DNA from: Eledone cirrhosa
Taxonomy: Eukaryota
Direction: 5' to 3'
DNA length: 64,000 bases
Assembly (NCBI GenBank): GCA_964016885.1
Contig: OZ024745.1
Coordinates: 55,428,001-55,492,000 of the forward strand
In this document: positions 1 to 11,400 of the stretch, piece by piece
Position numbering within the stretch: position 1 is the first letter of the stretch
Layout of the letters: every line of letters starts with the position of its first letter
Notes under the pieces: model-generated
The model's input: the letters and a program-made list of their open reading frames with translations, nothing else
Told to the model about the DNA's origin: nothing
Database searches by the model: none
Position numbers and translations under genes: made by a program

Positions 1-1134
1 CCCATCGAATTTTACCTGAGATAATATAATTTTAGAAAAAAACCGTATCTCGAAAAATATATATATTTTTAGTTTGGTAATTCAATTAAATGTGTCCTGT
101 TTTTACTTTTAACTTTAAAAGAAACCGTGTTTCAATAAAACAATTCAGTGATTTTTATATGCTAATTTGTCAATCTAAATTATTTTACGTATATAGGACT
201 TTCCAAGGAAGTGGAAGGAGGAATGCAAAAAAAATTAAACAAAAGTTTACATTAGATGTGAATAAAATTTCATGCTATATGTAAAAATCATATGAATAGG
301 ATGTAAAATTAAAAATAATATATGTCGATAATTAAAAATATTGAAGTTGTGAACATCGTACATAATATATAACACGGCGAAAATAACAAAACATGATTCA
401 TCTTACTGCTGTACAGAAATTTCAATCCTTTTCACAATCACAAGTTAACTGAAACTGCGTGAATGTGTACTTAAATTTACACATGTTAGTATAATGACAT
501 TAAAAATACAAACATGCAAAATGTATGCAATTAACTGTAAAATGAAAATAATAATTAACATTTTAGAAGATATTTGAGCATTGAAATTTTTTTTTTTTTC
601 CTTCAGAAGGTCATTATATCCTCCAAGCAGATACAAGGAGCCATTCTACTGGTGGGATTATATTTGCTAGCACTTATAGTAGCATCCTGAAATGCATGTG
701 CTAATTTGCACAATATTAGCGCCCGTGTTGGGAATTAATTAAGATATTTCTTAATTATATAGGCTAAACAGATGCACTTCGAAATGGATATTCTCGGCTT
801 TTTTCGATACCTATATGAATAGTGTGCATATATATTTATATATTTACGTAGTGCTAGGTACCTTTATTCGGCATGTATATATACATACATATCTATGTAT
901 ATATATATATGTGTGTGTGTGTGTGTATTCGTGTACATGTATTCGTGTGCAAACTGCCGATATGCATGTGCCAAAAATGTTGCTAGGGTATTCCATCTCA
1001 GTAATCTAATAGAGACAGGAAGTTGTACGAGCAAAAGCAGCTCCAAGAGTGACGCAGCAGTAGCAACATCATCAACAGTAACTACCCCAGTGGTATTATC
1101 AGCAGCAAATGCAACGTCATCATATGTCCCCGTC

Positions 1135-1151
1135 GTAGTAGTAGAAGTAGT

Positions 1152-1189
<38 letters not shown>

Positions 1190-1230
1190 TAGTAGAGCAG
1201 CAGCAGCAGCAGTAGCAGCAGCAGCAAAGG
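1135..1230. repeat. (GTA)n/(GCA)n trinucleotide microsatellite
   Basis: Direct reading. Confidence 0.9.
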
Positions 1231-2436
1231 CAGTGATATTAGTTGTAGCAACATCAACGGATGTAATGGTAGTAGTAAACTCACAGTTAAATATGTGATA
1301 TGTGATATCTTTAAAGTTTGGGTTTAAGCGGAATAATCCATGAAATCCTTGTTTTTCATTCTTTACGGCATTTGGGGATTGGGTAGGAAGAAGTTATTTC
1401 AATGTAATATTTACTTGTATACTGAAACAGAGGCAATTCAGCCAGTCACAGCAGACCAGTGAAGTTGTGAGTATGCCATACAATGCAGAATGTAGATTTA
1501 GACCATCGAACGAAAACTAACACACATTTATTAAGGTGTATTTAGCGATGTTCACCTTGTTGCAGTCTCTCGGATCACATTTTTATTCTAAATATATTTA
1601 AACCACTAGTCTAAGATATACAAATGGTAAAGGCTGCTTACATTTGTTTTAAATTCAGATAATATAAAGCACCGCCTAAATATAACAGATCGATTTCAGT
1701 CACAGAATGGGAATTGTTTTAGCCATGGTTATACAAAGTGCTGTTGACTTGATCGATCCATTAAACCTGCGTATGTGCTCGTTTTCATATCTACTGTGCC
1801 ATTCACATTTCCGGCAAGTTATATTTTTGAAAGGAAATAACTTGCTTCTAAATCAATAACTTCACAAACATTTGCATTGGTTTTGAGATATTGTTAATCG
1901 CACATGTATAGATTTAAAAGCCATACGAATATGTTTGTTAAATCCTCGGCTTGAAAGTATGAGTAATGATGCAAGCGTGATGTATATGTAAAAGCCTGAA
2001 TAGATATAAATTTATACCTTCATGGTTACAAATTTCGAATAGATCATTAATGTTAAAGATCAATATGTGAATTGGTATCTTCAAAGAACTGCTCTAATGG
2101 TAATGCTTATCTTGGACCTTAGAACATTAAAATTTACTTTAGAGTTAGTCAATATAGTAGGAGTGCATATCATGCTCCAGTAGTTAAATGGAAAGTGTAG
2201 TAGAGAAGTGTGAAAGTGTGATGGTGAAATAGAATGTGTGCATGTAGGTGTTGAAGCGAAACAGTGAACAATTAGACACGCACGACCAAAGAGAGCGTTG
2301 ATGATGGCGGTGCAATGATGGAGATTATGATTTTCACCATCGTACAGATAATGGTGTTGATGATGAAACAGTACTATTAATATTACTTTAGTTATATCAC
2401 TTTTCTTCTTCTTCTTTAGCATCTCACTACTACTAT

Positions 2437-2472
<36 letters not shown>

Positions 2473-2770
2473 CACTACTGCTGCTGCTACTACTACTACT
2501 TATAATAATAATAATAATGATTTCATTTATTGGCCACAAGGGCCGACATATAGGGGACAACACAATAGACAGGGACAGTGGGGGTTTACATAGAGATCGA
2601 GTAAGTATAAATAACAAAAAACAAAATAACAATAAAAATACAACAATGAAAGTTCCCCAATAAGAGGGATCACCACCCAGGGTTGACTCAAGCACCCCAC
2701 CAGTCCTGAGCCACCCGACGCTCCTAGGGCACCCGGGAAGGGCACCCCTCTCCTTCTCGAATTCACCAGC

Positions 2771-5700
2771 CTACAGGCGCATGATCAGAGTAGGCCCACT
2801 CACGCGGGCCATTCTCGCCACATTCACCCACCTTTCAGTAAATGTACTGGGGGGCAGCACTTCTCTCTCCACCCTCACCTTCCTTTCCAAGTGAAACTTG
2901 AAGAAGTTGATGAGGGATTGGCCGAAGAGAAAAGTGTCTGTCTTCAGTCCTTTCAACCTGGTCCACCATGCAACCTCTTTCGCTACTGCCACCAGGCAGA
3001 GGAAAATTGCCTGCCCTTCCTGACCAAAAGAAGGCGGCGGGTCAATCTTCACTATGGACTCGGACGATAGCCGGATCCGTTCTACACGCGACAATAGCTG
3101 TTCGACATAACCCCACAAGTCAGCAATGCACGGACACTGGACGAGTGCGTGCAGAACGGTTTCGTCGCTCTGCGCGCATCTCGGGCAGGTTCGTCTGACA
3201 GCACTTCCGTGCCTGTAGAGTTTATCCCGAACCGGCAGCGCCCCCCGGTAGCACTGCCAAGCGAGGGATTTCTGGAAGTTATCCATCGTCCCCGGCTCGA
3301 AAGTCCTCCGGAACATACTGGTCAGTTCTACTTCGTTGACGCCCAGAGCCTCTCCTAGTACGTCATCGCACTTGCCCTCCACTAATCCTCTATAGAAATC
3401 TTGAGTGGAAGTTCCACTGACCGCATTGCCCACCTTGCAGAGTGCAGTGAGCGCCTGGAAACATTCCAGATGCCAGTCGCCCAGTCTCGGTCTCTTCTTG
3501 ACCCAGGACTGCAGCTCAGTCAAAGAGATGAGCTGCGGAAAGGCCCGTCTAACAAACGGCGACCACACCTGTTCACCGTTTAGGCAAAATATCTGGAGAT
3601 GTCGCAGCCTCAGCGCATGTCTGCGCATCATTAGCCACGGCATGCCCAGCCCTCCACGAAGAGGGTGCTGGCAGCAGATGGACCGCCTCACCAACGGGAC
3701 CCGTCCCCTCCACAAAAATTTGAAAAGGAGCCGTTCCAAATTGGCGAGGCGTGGACGGGGGCAAGGCACGACGGTCAGGCGGTAGTAGATGACGGACGCG
3801 ATGTACGCGTTCGCCACCTCCGCCCGCCCTTTCAGTGATAGCTTTCTCTCAGCACATTTCTGGGTGAGGTTGGCAATCCTGCTCGTCACCTCGTCCCAAT
3901 TCTTATCCACCTGGAGGTCTGGTCCGAACCAAACCCCGAGCAACTTTACCGGTCCGTCTGTCCAGCGCCCAACGACGCTGTTGGACGGCATGGACTTGCC
4001 TCTCCAGGTGCCGAGCTGCAAGCCCACCGACTTTTCCGGGTTAAGTTTTGCTCCCGTCAACCTTTCATATTCCTCCAAATGGGTGCGGATCACCTCGATT
4101 TCCGAGGTGTCCGACACCATCACGGTGATGTCGTCCGCATAAGCGGACGCAGCCTTTCTACGTCCCGGTTCGAGCGGGATGCCCTGCAACAACTCCAGCT
4201 TCCGCAGTAGAGGCTCAAGAGTCAATACGTACAGAAGTGAGGATAGAGGGCACCCTTGACGGACCGATCGAGAGATCTGAAACGGTTCCGAGAAGTGGCC
4301 ATTAACTTTGACCACCGAGCAGATGCCGCTGTACATTGCAGCGATCCAGCTTCTGAAGACGGGGCCGAAGCCAGCCGCCTCGAGGACAGCCTCCAAGTAC
4401 CGATGGTCGACCCTATCGAATGCTTTCGATTGATCTAAATTGATCAGAGCCCCACCGAAGCCAGGTTTGCACCCAACCCTCTCCATGATGTATCGCATGA
4501 GGTGGAGGTTGTCGTGTATGGACCTGGTCGGGATTGCGCAAGTTTGCGCCTCCCCAACCAAATCTTTGACGACAAGCGCCAACCTTTTCGCTAACACCTT
4601 GGCCAAAATCTTAAACTCTGTGTTGAGCAGGGTTATGGGCCTGAAATTATCTAGTGTGTCCCTCTTGTTCTCGTCTTTCCTTATCAGCGTCACTACGCCA
4701 CGGCTCACAGAACTGGGAATGCTCCCGTTCTGCTGCCAGTTGCAGTAGAGCGCTTCGAGGAGATCGGAGAACAAGTCTGGCATAATTACGTAAAACTCGT
4801 AGGGCAGACCATCCAAACCGGGTGACTTGCGACTCGAGCAGCCGACAGGGGCGTCCTGAATTTCGACTGATGTTATCGGCTCTTCGCAGCGCTCAGCGTC
4901 GGCCGTCGAGAGGCGTGGCAAGCCGTCGAGGTAGGGACTGAAGTCCGCCGCCGTCTCCGACTCACCCATCCTCCCGAACAATCGAGCAAAGTGCTGGCGA
5001 AAGGCCTCACACATCTGCTTGGAATCGCTCAGTTCGTGTCCATCTCGATCCGTCAAAGACCGAATTGTGGTTTTATTTCCACGTTGCGTCTCTGCAAAGC
5101 GAGCCCATCGGGCAGCTTTGGTTCCCTCGTTCCTCAGAGCACGCGCCTTAGCTCTGACAATGCAACCTTCGTGTTTCGCATTGAAGAAATGGTCTAGTGC
5201 CATTCTCGCCGCTAGCAGGTCTGTTGCAATGCCACTACAAATAGCCTCGTCTAACTTAGCTATCAGCCCCTTCTCCTTTCTATTTTTCTCTATTGCTACT
5301 TCTTTGCTAAATCCTATCGAGGTTGCTCTAATCTCTCTTTTGAGTGCCCCCCACCACCTGTTGTTGACAACCCCCCCTGTCAACTTTTGCTTAACTAAGT
5401 TGTTGACCCGGTCCCTGTAAGCTTTACGTGCCGGAAACGACATGTTTAGCTTCCAGTAGCTAGGTCCTAACCTACGTGTCTTATCTAGGTCGACCATACA
5501 GATCACAAGCTTGTGATCTGAATAGGCAACCGTTTTAAAATGTGGACATCCTACACTATTTCTATCTCTTTTCCTAATGAAAATCCTATCTATGTACGAT
5601 CTAGATGACCCTATGCGATTGGTCCAGGTCCATACTGGCGCATTAGGGAAATCTAGTCGGTACCTGTCAGACAGTTGAAACTGGCTGATCAGGTACTTGA

Positions 5701-6190
5701 GGCTTTTGCACCCCCCGCTCCTATCAGATACTCCCACACAATCCCAGCGTGCTTCTAAGATGCCATTTCAATCACCTATTAACAGTAAAGGGCGAGACGT
5801 AAGCAGAAAGTTTTCCAGGCGCCTAAAGAAGTCCGGCCGACCGGCCCCAGTAGGGGCGTAGACGGCCACCAGTCTAAAGGCACCACCTTCGCTATTGCTC
5901 ACGTCCAGGACCACCAACTTTCCGTCAGGATCCCGGAAGATTGACCTTACCTCGAGATCCAGACATTTCCTAAACAGCACAGCCACTCCACCTCCCATTC
6001 CCGGCCGACTAACAGATGCAAAGATCTGATAATCGTCGAAAATCGGCGCCAGTGCGCGTGTGTCGGAAATTCTGGTCTCGCTGATGGCAATTACATCCAT
6101 TCCTAGTGACCTGAGGTCGTTGAGCAAGTGACCTTGCTTCCAGGGCGACCCCAGGCCACGAACATTTAAACTTCCTACTCTTATGGCCAT
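2771..6190 (-). pseudogene. Tx1 ORF2 (APE endonuclease + reverse transcriptase + zf-RVT-like tail), 1139 codons with one in-frame stop
   Basis: ORFs 5768..6190 and 2771..5737 are in the same frame, separated only by TGA at 5768-5770 (GD*N for GDWN). Motifs SLNVRG, SETR, VYAP, YSDH, KSPGLDG, FRPITLLN, LDQSKAFDRV, RQGCPLS, YADD, CPRC..ETVLHALVQC. Confidence 0.95.
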
Positions 6191-6219
6191 GCTGGCAGGA
6201 TGAATGGGAGAGGAAAGGT

Positions 6220-8124
6220 TTACTTACCTTCCGGGGTCTTGTGAAGGTCGGGTGGTTCGACCTCCATGGTTTGTGGGGTTTCTTTTGGGAACCCCTTTAA
6301 TAGTCTTGACGTGGGTTTTACGTTCGGGGTTCCCACATCCCGAGGAAAGCTCCTTCGAATTTCTTTGTATGAAGCGAGCGACATTCGCATCAGAAGCAAA
6401 TTATCTGGTACGCGAAATGTGCTCGCTTCAAATGTTTCCCCGTCTTTTTCGATGTTTGTGCTTCGTGCTACATGGGCCATCAATTCCTTGTTGGCCCTTC
6501 TGGCAAGCACGAAGTTTTTAATGTTTTGTTGCTCGGGTTTTATTTGTTCGTGTGATTGTGGTGGTGATAGCTTTGTTAGTGTTGTTTCTATTGTGTCTGC
6601 GTTTGTTGTGGGTGGGGTGTCTGTAGTTTCTGATGTTTGTGTGTCTATTTGTTCTTGTGTCTGTTTAGCTTGTTTGCGTTTGGGGGATTTTGGTGGTTGT
6701 GTTGGTGATGCTGTGGGGAAAATGTTTGTGTGGGTGGTGTGTGTATTTTTTTTGTGGGGGTGTTTGTGCTTTGTGGATTTCTTTTTTTTTTGTGTTTTGT
6801 TTTTTGTATTTTGGGGGACTTTGGTTTTCCCTCATCTTCACTGCTGGAGGATGAGGGGTCTGTGGCTGTGAGCGTGTTTGTGTCTGAGTGAGTGTTTATG
6901 TTCTTGTTCGTGTGTGTATTTTTGGGGGGGAGGGGGAATGGGAGAGCTTTCCTCGTTTCCCCCCTGGGTGTGCAATTTTGGTGGTTCCATTGTTGACGGT
7001 GTTGCTGGTGGTCCTTGTCCCGGCGTCGCCAGCAGTGGAATCTTTCGACCCCTTGCGCTTTTCGGCAGTTGAGGGCAGAAGGCTCGCAAGTGTGTCGTTT
7101 CCCCACAAAGGAAACAATGCGGCCTTTTGCCCTCAGTCATTATATGCAACACCCTCCCGTTTTGGAGGCGGATGTGGTCCGGGATTGCTTTTACGTTTTC
7201 GGGTCTGATTTGGAGCAGTATCTCCAGATCAACCCCGGACCAGTCGTCCCTGGCAGTTCTCGTTGCCTCTACCGGGACTGTATCCGTTCCTTCCACGATT
7301 ACGCAACCCAGGAGCCACCACATATCAAGTCCTGGTGGAATCCTGGGAATGCGCACACGTGCTATTCGTTTTCCCATGTGGGAGGGGTACATTATAACCT
7401 TGCTGGTTTTGCAAGGGGTCATTGAATGCTTCACAGCGAGGGCTTCAGACTTGAACAGCACCGAAACGGTGCCGTATTGCCTGCCCCTCTCTATGAAGTC
7501 TGTGTCCTCTCTGATGTATTTCAGTGCGGCTTCTATATCAGCTTGGGCGATTATCGCTGCCCTCTTTGTCTCTACTGAGATGCATCTGAAATGCACCGTT
7601 CTTTTTTCCACTGCCTCAATGGCTTCTGCCGGGACAGTTAAGTTTGCCCAGGTCTGCTCTTGATTTATGATTTTCCAGGCCTGGGCCAACTTTTCCTCTG
7701 TGTTGGTTAAGTCGATGCTGTAGCATGGTCTCCTTTTAGCCGCTGCCACAGCAGCGAAGGTGTTCTTGTTGGTGTTGTCACTGTTGTTGTTCTTGTTGGT
7801 GTTGCTGCTGCTATTGCTGTTGTTCCCTGTGTCGTGGTTACCCTCTGTGCTGTTGGCCTTGTTGGTGCTGTTGCTGTCGCTACTATTACTCTCTGTGCTG
7901 TTCGTTTTGTTGGTGCTCTCGCTATTACCACCTTCTGCGCTGTTCGGCTTGTTGGTGTTGGTGTTGTCGCTGTTACCACCTTCCGCGCCGCTCGGCCCGT
8001 TGGTGCTGGCACTGTCGCTGCTCACATTCGTGCTGGTGGCGCTCCTCGCCTCACCTCTCCTCTCAACGCTCAAGTCGCCGTTGCACGACAGCAGACCCGC
8101 CTCTAGGGGGCGTGGCTCCGCCAT
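6220..8124 (-). pseudogene. Tx1 ORF1 (gag-like, zinc knuckle), broken by two frameshifts
   Basis: 428-aa ORF with N/S/T-rich N-terminus and CFLCGETTHLRAFC knuckle. It continues in other frames (6645..7106, 6220..6510), with shifts near homopolymer runs at ~6925 and ~6720. Confidence 0.85.
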
Positions 8125-8354
8125 GTTTTTTTGAGAAAAAAATTATTATTTTTTTTTTTTCAAAATAAAGTTCAAATATTTGGGCCAAAAGGCCCAAATA
8201 TTATGAGTTATTCCTTCACAGGATACAAATTAATGTCTTATAATGCTTCAGCGGTACAAAAAATAAACAATTCTCTACAATTAATCCTCAAAAAATTGCT
8301 TACTCACGGAGCTTCAAAAAACGTACATCCACTTTCGTCAATAATAATAATAAT

Positions 8355-8444
8355 AATTGTTTCTACTTTAGACACAATGCCAGCAATTATCCCAGTGTAT
8401 TACTGGTACTTTATTTTATCGACCCCGTAAGGATGAAAGGCAAA
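8355..8444 (-). mobile_element. tRNA-derived SINE, 3' half
   Basis: GCCTTTCATCCTTACGGGGTCGATAAAATAAAGTACCAG core and ...GTAGAAACAATTATT tail, matching full copies elsewhere in the window. Confidence 0.9.
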
Positions 8445-8469
8445 TAATAATAATAATAACAATAATAAT

Positions 8470-11400
8470 GGTTTCTTTATTGGCTACAAGGGCTGACATG
8501 AAGAAAAACATTAGAGACTGTACAGAACAGTACAGGACGATACAAAGTGGGTTTTGGTCGTGTAAACAGGTTATAACAAAATCGGGCTAGAAATCAAAAG
8601 AATTCAAACAATAAAAATTCCCCAAGAAGGGGGAAACCTCACAGGGTCACTCGTGGTGAAAACCACAGAAAAGACCACGGCCACTCTGACCACCAGGGCA
8701 AGCGCCCTCTCTCACTTTTCCATTCTTCAGTCTACAGGCGCATACTCAGAGCGAACCCGTTCACTCGGACCAGACTCATCACTTTCACCCACCTTTCAAC
8801 AAACTTTGTATAAGACAGCACTTGACTCTCCACCCTGATTTTCCTCTTAAAGTGAACCTTGAAAAAGTTAATCAGGGATTGGCGGGAGAGGAAAGTGTCC
8901 GTCTTCAACCCTTTCAACCTTGTCCACCAAACAATCTCTTTCACCATGGCCACCAGGCAGATGAAAACTACCTGCCCTCCTTCCTCTTTAAAAGAGGATG
9001 GCGGGGCTACATGCAACAGCAGCTGTTCGACATAGCTCCACAAGTCAGCAATCCTCGGGAACTGAACGCGTGCGTGTAGGACAGTTTCGTTGCCCTGCTC
9101 GTATCTCGGACAGGTTGGGTTGACAACACCTCTGTGCCTGTAGAGCTTGTCTCGAACCGGCAACGCTCTCCGGTAGCACTGCCAGGCTAGGGATTTCTGG
9201 AAGTTGTCCATAGGCCCCGGTCTGAAAGTTCTCTTGAAGAGAGCGAACAGCTGACCGTCTTCGACGCCCAGGATCTCCCCGAGAACGCGTCGCTCTTTCC
9301 CTCCACTAGCCCGCTATAGAACGCCGAGATGGACGTTCCACCAATACTAGTGGACAGCTGGTAGAGGGCGATGAGCGCTTGGAGACATTCCAGCTTCCAA
9401 GCGCTATCCCTCGATCTTTTCCTGATCCAGGACTGCAAATCCGTCAAGGAGACGAGTTGGGGAAAAGCGCGTCTGGTAAACAGCGACCACACCTGTTCGC
9501 TGTCAAGGAAGCACCAGTGATGTGGCAGCCTCAGCGCATGATTGCGTATCTTCAGCCACGGCATGCCTAGTCCTCCACGCAATGGGTGTTGACAGTAAAT
9601 GGATCGTCTCACCATGGGAGCTCGTCCCTTCCACAAAAAGCGGAAGAGAAGGCGCTCCATTTTGATCAGAGTTGTGCGGGGACAAGGTACGACGGTCAGG
9701 CGGTAGCAGATAACGGACGCGATGTACGCATGTACGCATGTACGCGATGTACACATTCGCCACCTGCGCCCGACCTTTCAGAGGCAGCCCTATTCTCGGC
9801 CCATTTCTGGGAGAGAGAGGCCACCCTGCACGGCACCTCGCTCCAGTTTTTCTCCATCTGGAGGTCAAGACCGAACCAAACCCCGAGCAGCGCCACACAA
9901 CACTGTCGGACGGCATGGAGTTGCCTCTCCAGTTGCCTAGTTGCAAGCCCACCGACTTTTCCTGGTTTATCTTTACTCCTGTTGTCACTTCGTATTTCTT
10001 GAGAGCGGTACCGAGTATCTGGACGTGTTTCGTGCTCGACAGAACCACAGTGACGTCGTCGGCGTAAACCGACACGGGTCTCCCGCATACCAGTTCGCGT
10101 GGGATCCCACTCATCGTCTCCAATTTGTGCAGTAACTGCTCGAGGGCCAGTACGTACAAGAGGGACGTGAGGGGGAAATCCTGGAGGATGGGGCGCATGA
10201 AGCTGAAAGGCTGCGACAGGTAACCATTCACCCTCACAATCGAGCAGATGTCGCTGTGCATCGCAGCGATCCAGCCCCTAAAAACGATCCCGAAGCCGGC
10301 CGCCTCGGGGATCGCAGCCAGGTACCGATGGTCGACCCTATCAAATGCTTTAGATTGATCCAAGTTGATCAGGGCCGCGCCTGTACTAGGTTACTTAAAC
10401 ACCCGCTCTATGATGTATCGCATGAGATGGAAGTTGTCGTGGATAGATCTGTCCAGAATGGCGCATATCTGCGCGTCTCCAACCAGACAACCGACGACAA
10501 GCGCCAGTCTCTTTGCTAACACCTTGGCGAAAATCTAAAACTGCGTTTAGCAGATTTATGGTCCGGAAGTTGTCTATAACGTCCCTCTTGTTCGGATCTT
10601 TTATCAGCAGCGCCACCGCTCCCCGGCTCACACAACTGCGAATTCTCCCGTTCTGCTGCCAGTTGCAGTAGACATCTGCCGAGAGGTCGCCGAACATGTC
10701 TGGCATATATGCATAAAGCTCGTAGGGCGGACCATCCACACCTGGCGATTTACCCCTCGTGCAGTCAGACATCGCTTCCCGTATTTCACCTGCCTTTATC
10801 GGCTTTCGCCACACTGCGCTGCGGTTGTCGAGATCCACGGCAGTCCGACGAGGTATGCACCGAAGTCCACACTCCGCTTCGGCCCGCCGCCGCTCCCGAA
10901 CAATTGAGCAAAGTGCTCTTGAAAAGCCGCACACATCTGTTCGGGTTCGAGCAACATGCGCCCGTTTTCATTAGGCAAAGACCGAATTGTAGACGTGTTG
11001 CCACGTCGCGACTCCACCACCCGGGCCCATTGAACGGCTTTCGTCCCCTCGTGGCTTAGAGCACGCGCTCTAGCTCTGACAACGCAGCCTTCATGTTTTG
11101 CGTTGAGGAATTGGTCCAGTGCCAATCTCGCCGCCAGCACGATGGTTGCGATGACTGTCCTAAATGCCTCTTCTAGCTTTCTAACTAACTCCCACTCTAC
11201 TCTATTTTCCTCTATCACTACTACTTTGCCAAACCTTATCGATTCTTTCCTAATAGCCCTTGTCAGGGTAAGCCACCACCTGTTGTTGAGGAAATCACCA
11301 GCCAACGTACGCTTAACTAATTCGCTAATCCGGTCTCTGTAAGCGTTGCGCACCGGGAATGATACGTTCAACTTCCAGTAGCCGGGCCCTTGCCTATGAA

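Larger units (their letters stand above)
2519..8339 (-). mobile_element. Full-length L1/Tx1-clade non-LTR retrotransposon, copy 1 (nearly intact)
   Basis: 5'UTR, ORF1 with CCHC knuckle, ORF2 with APE-RT-C-terminal Cys motif, 3' end AATAAA-TGAAATC-(ATT)n. Flanked by (AAT)n on both sides on the + strand. Confidence 0.95.

Noticed and set aside
590-705. Strong polypyrimidine-AG acceptor at ~606 followed by short open frames
   Set aside because: No recognisable protein and every frame stops within ~100 nt; cannot be supported without transcripts.
1431-1466. Possible 36-nt micro-exon (CAG|...|GTGAGT)
   Set aside because: Weak acceptor, no partner exons and no homology evidence.
2968-8134. Plus-strand ORFs overlapping the Tx1 copies
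   Set aside because: Antisense shadows of GC-rich or low-complexity LINE coding sequence; no motifs.
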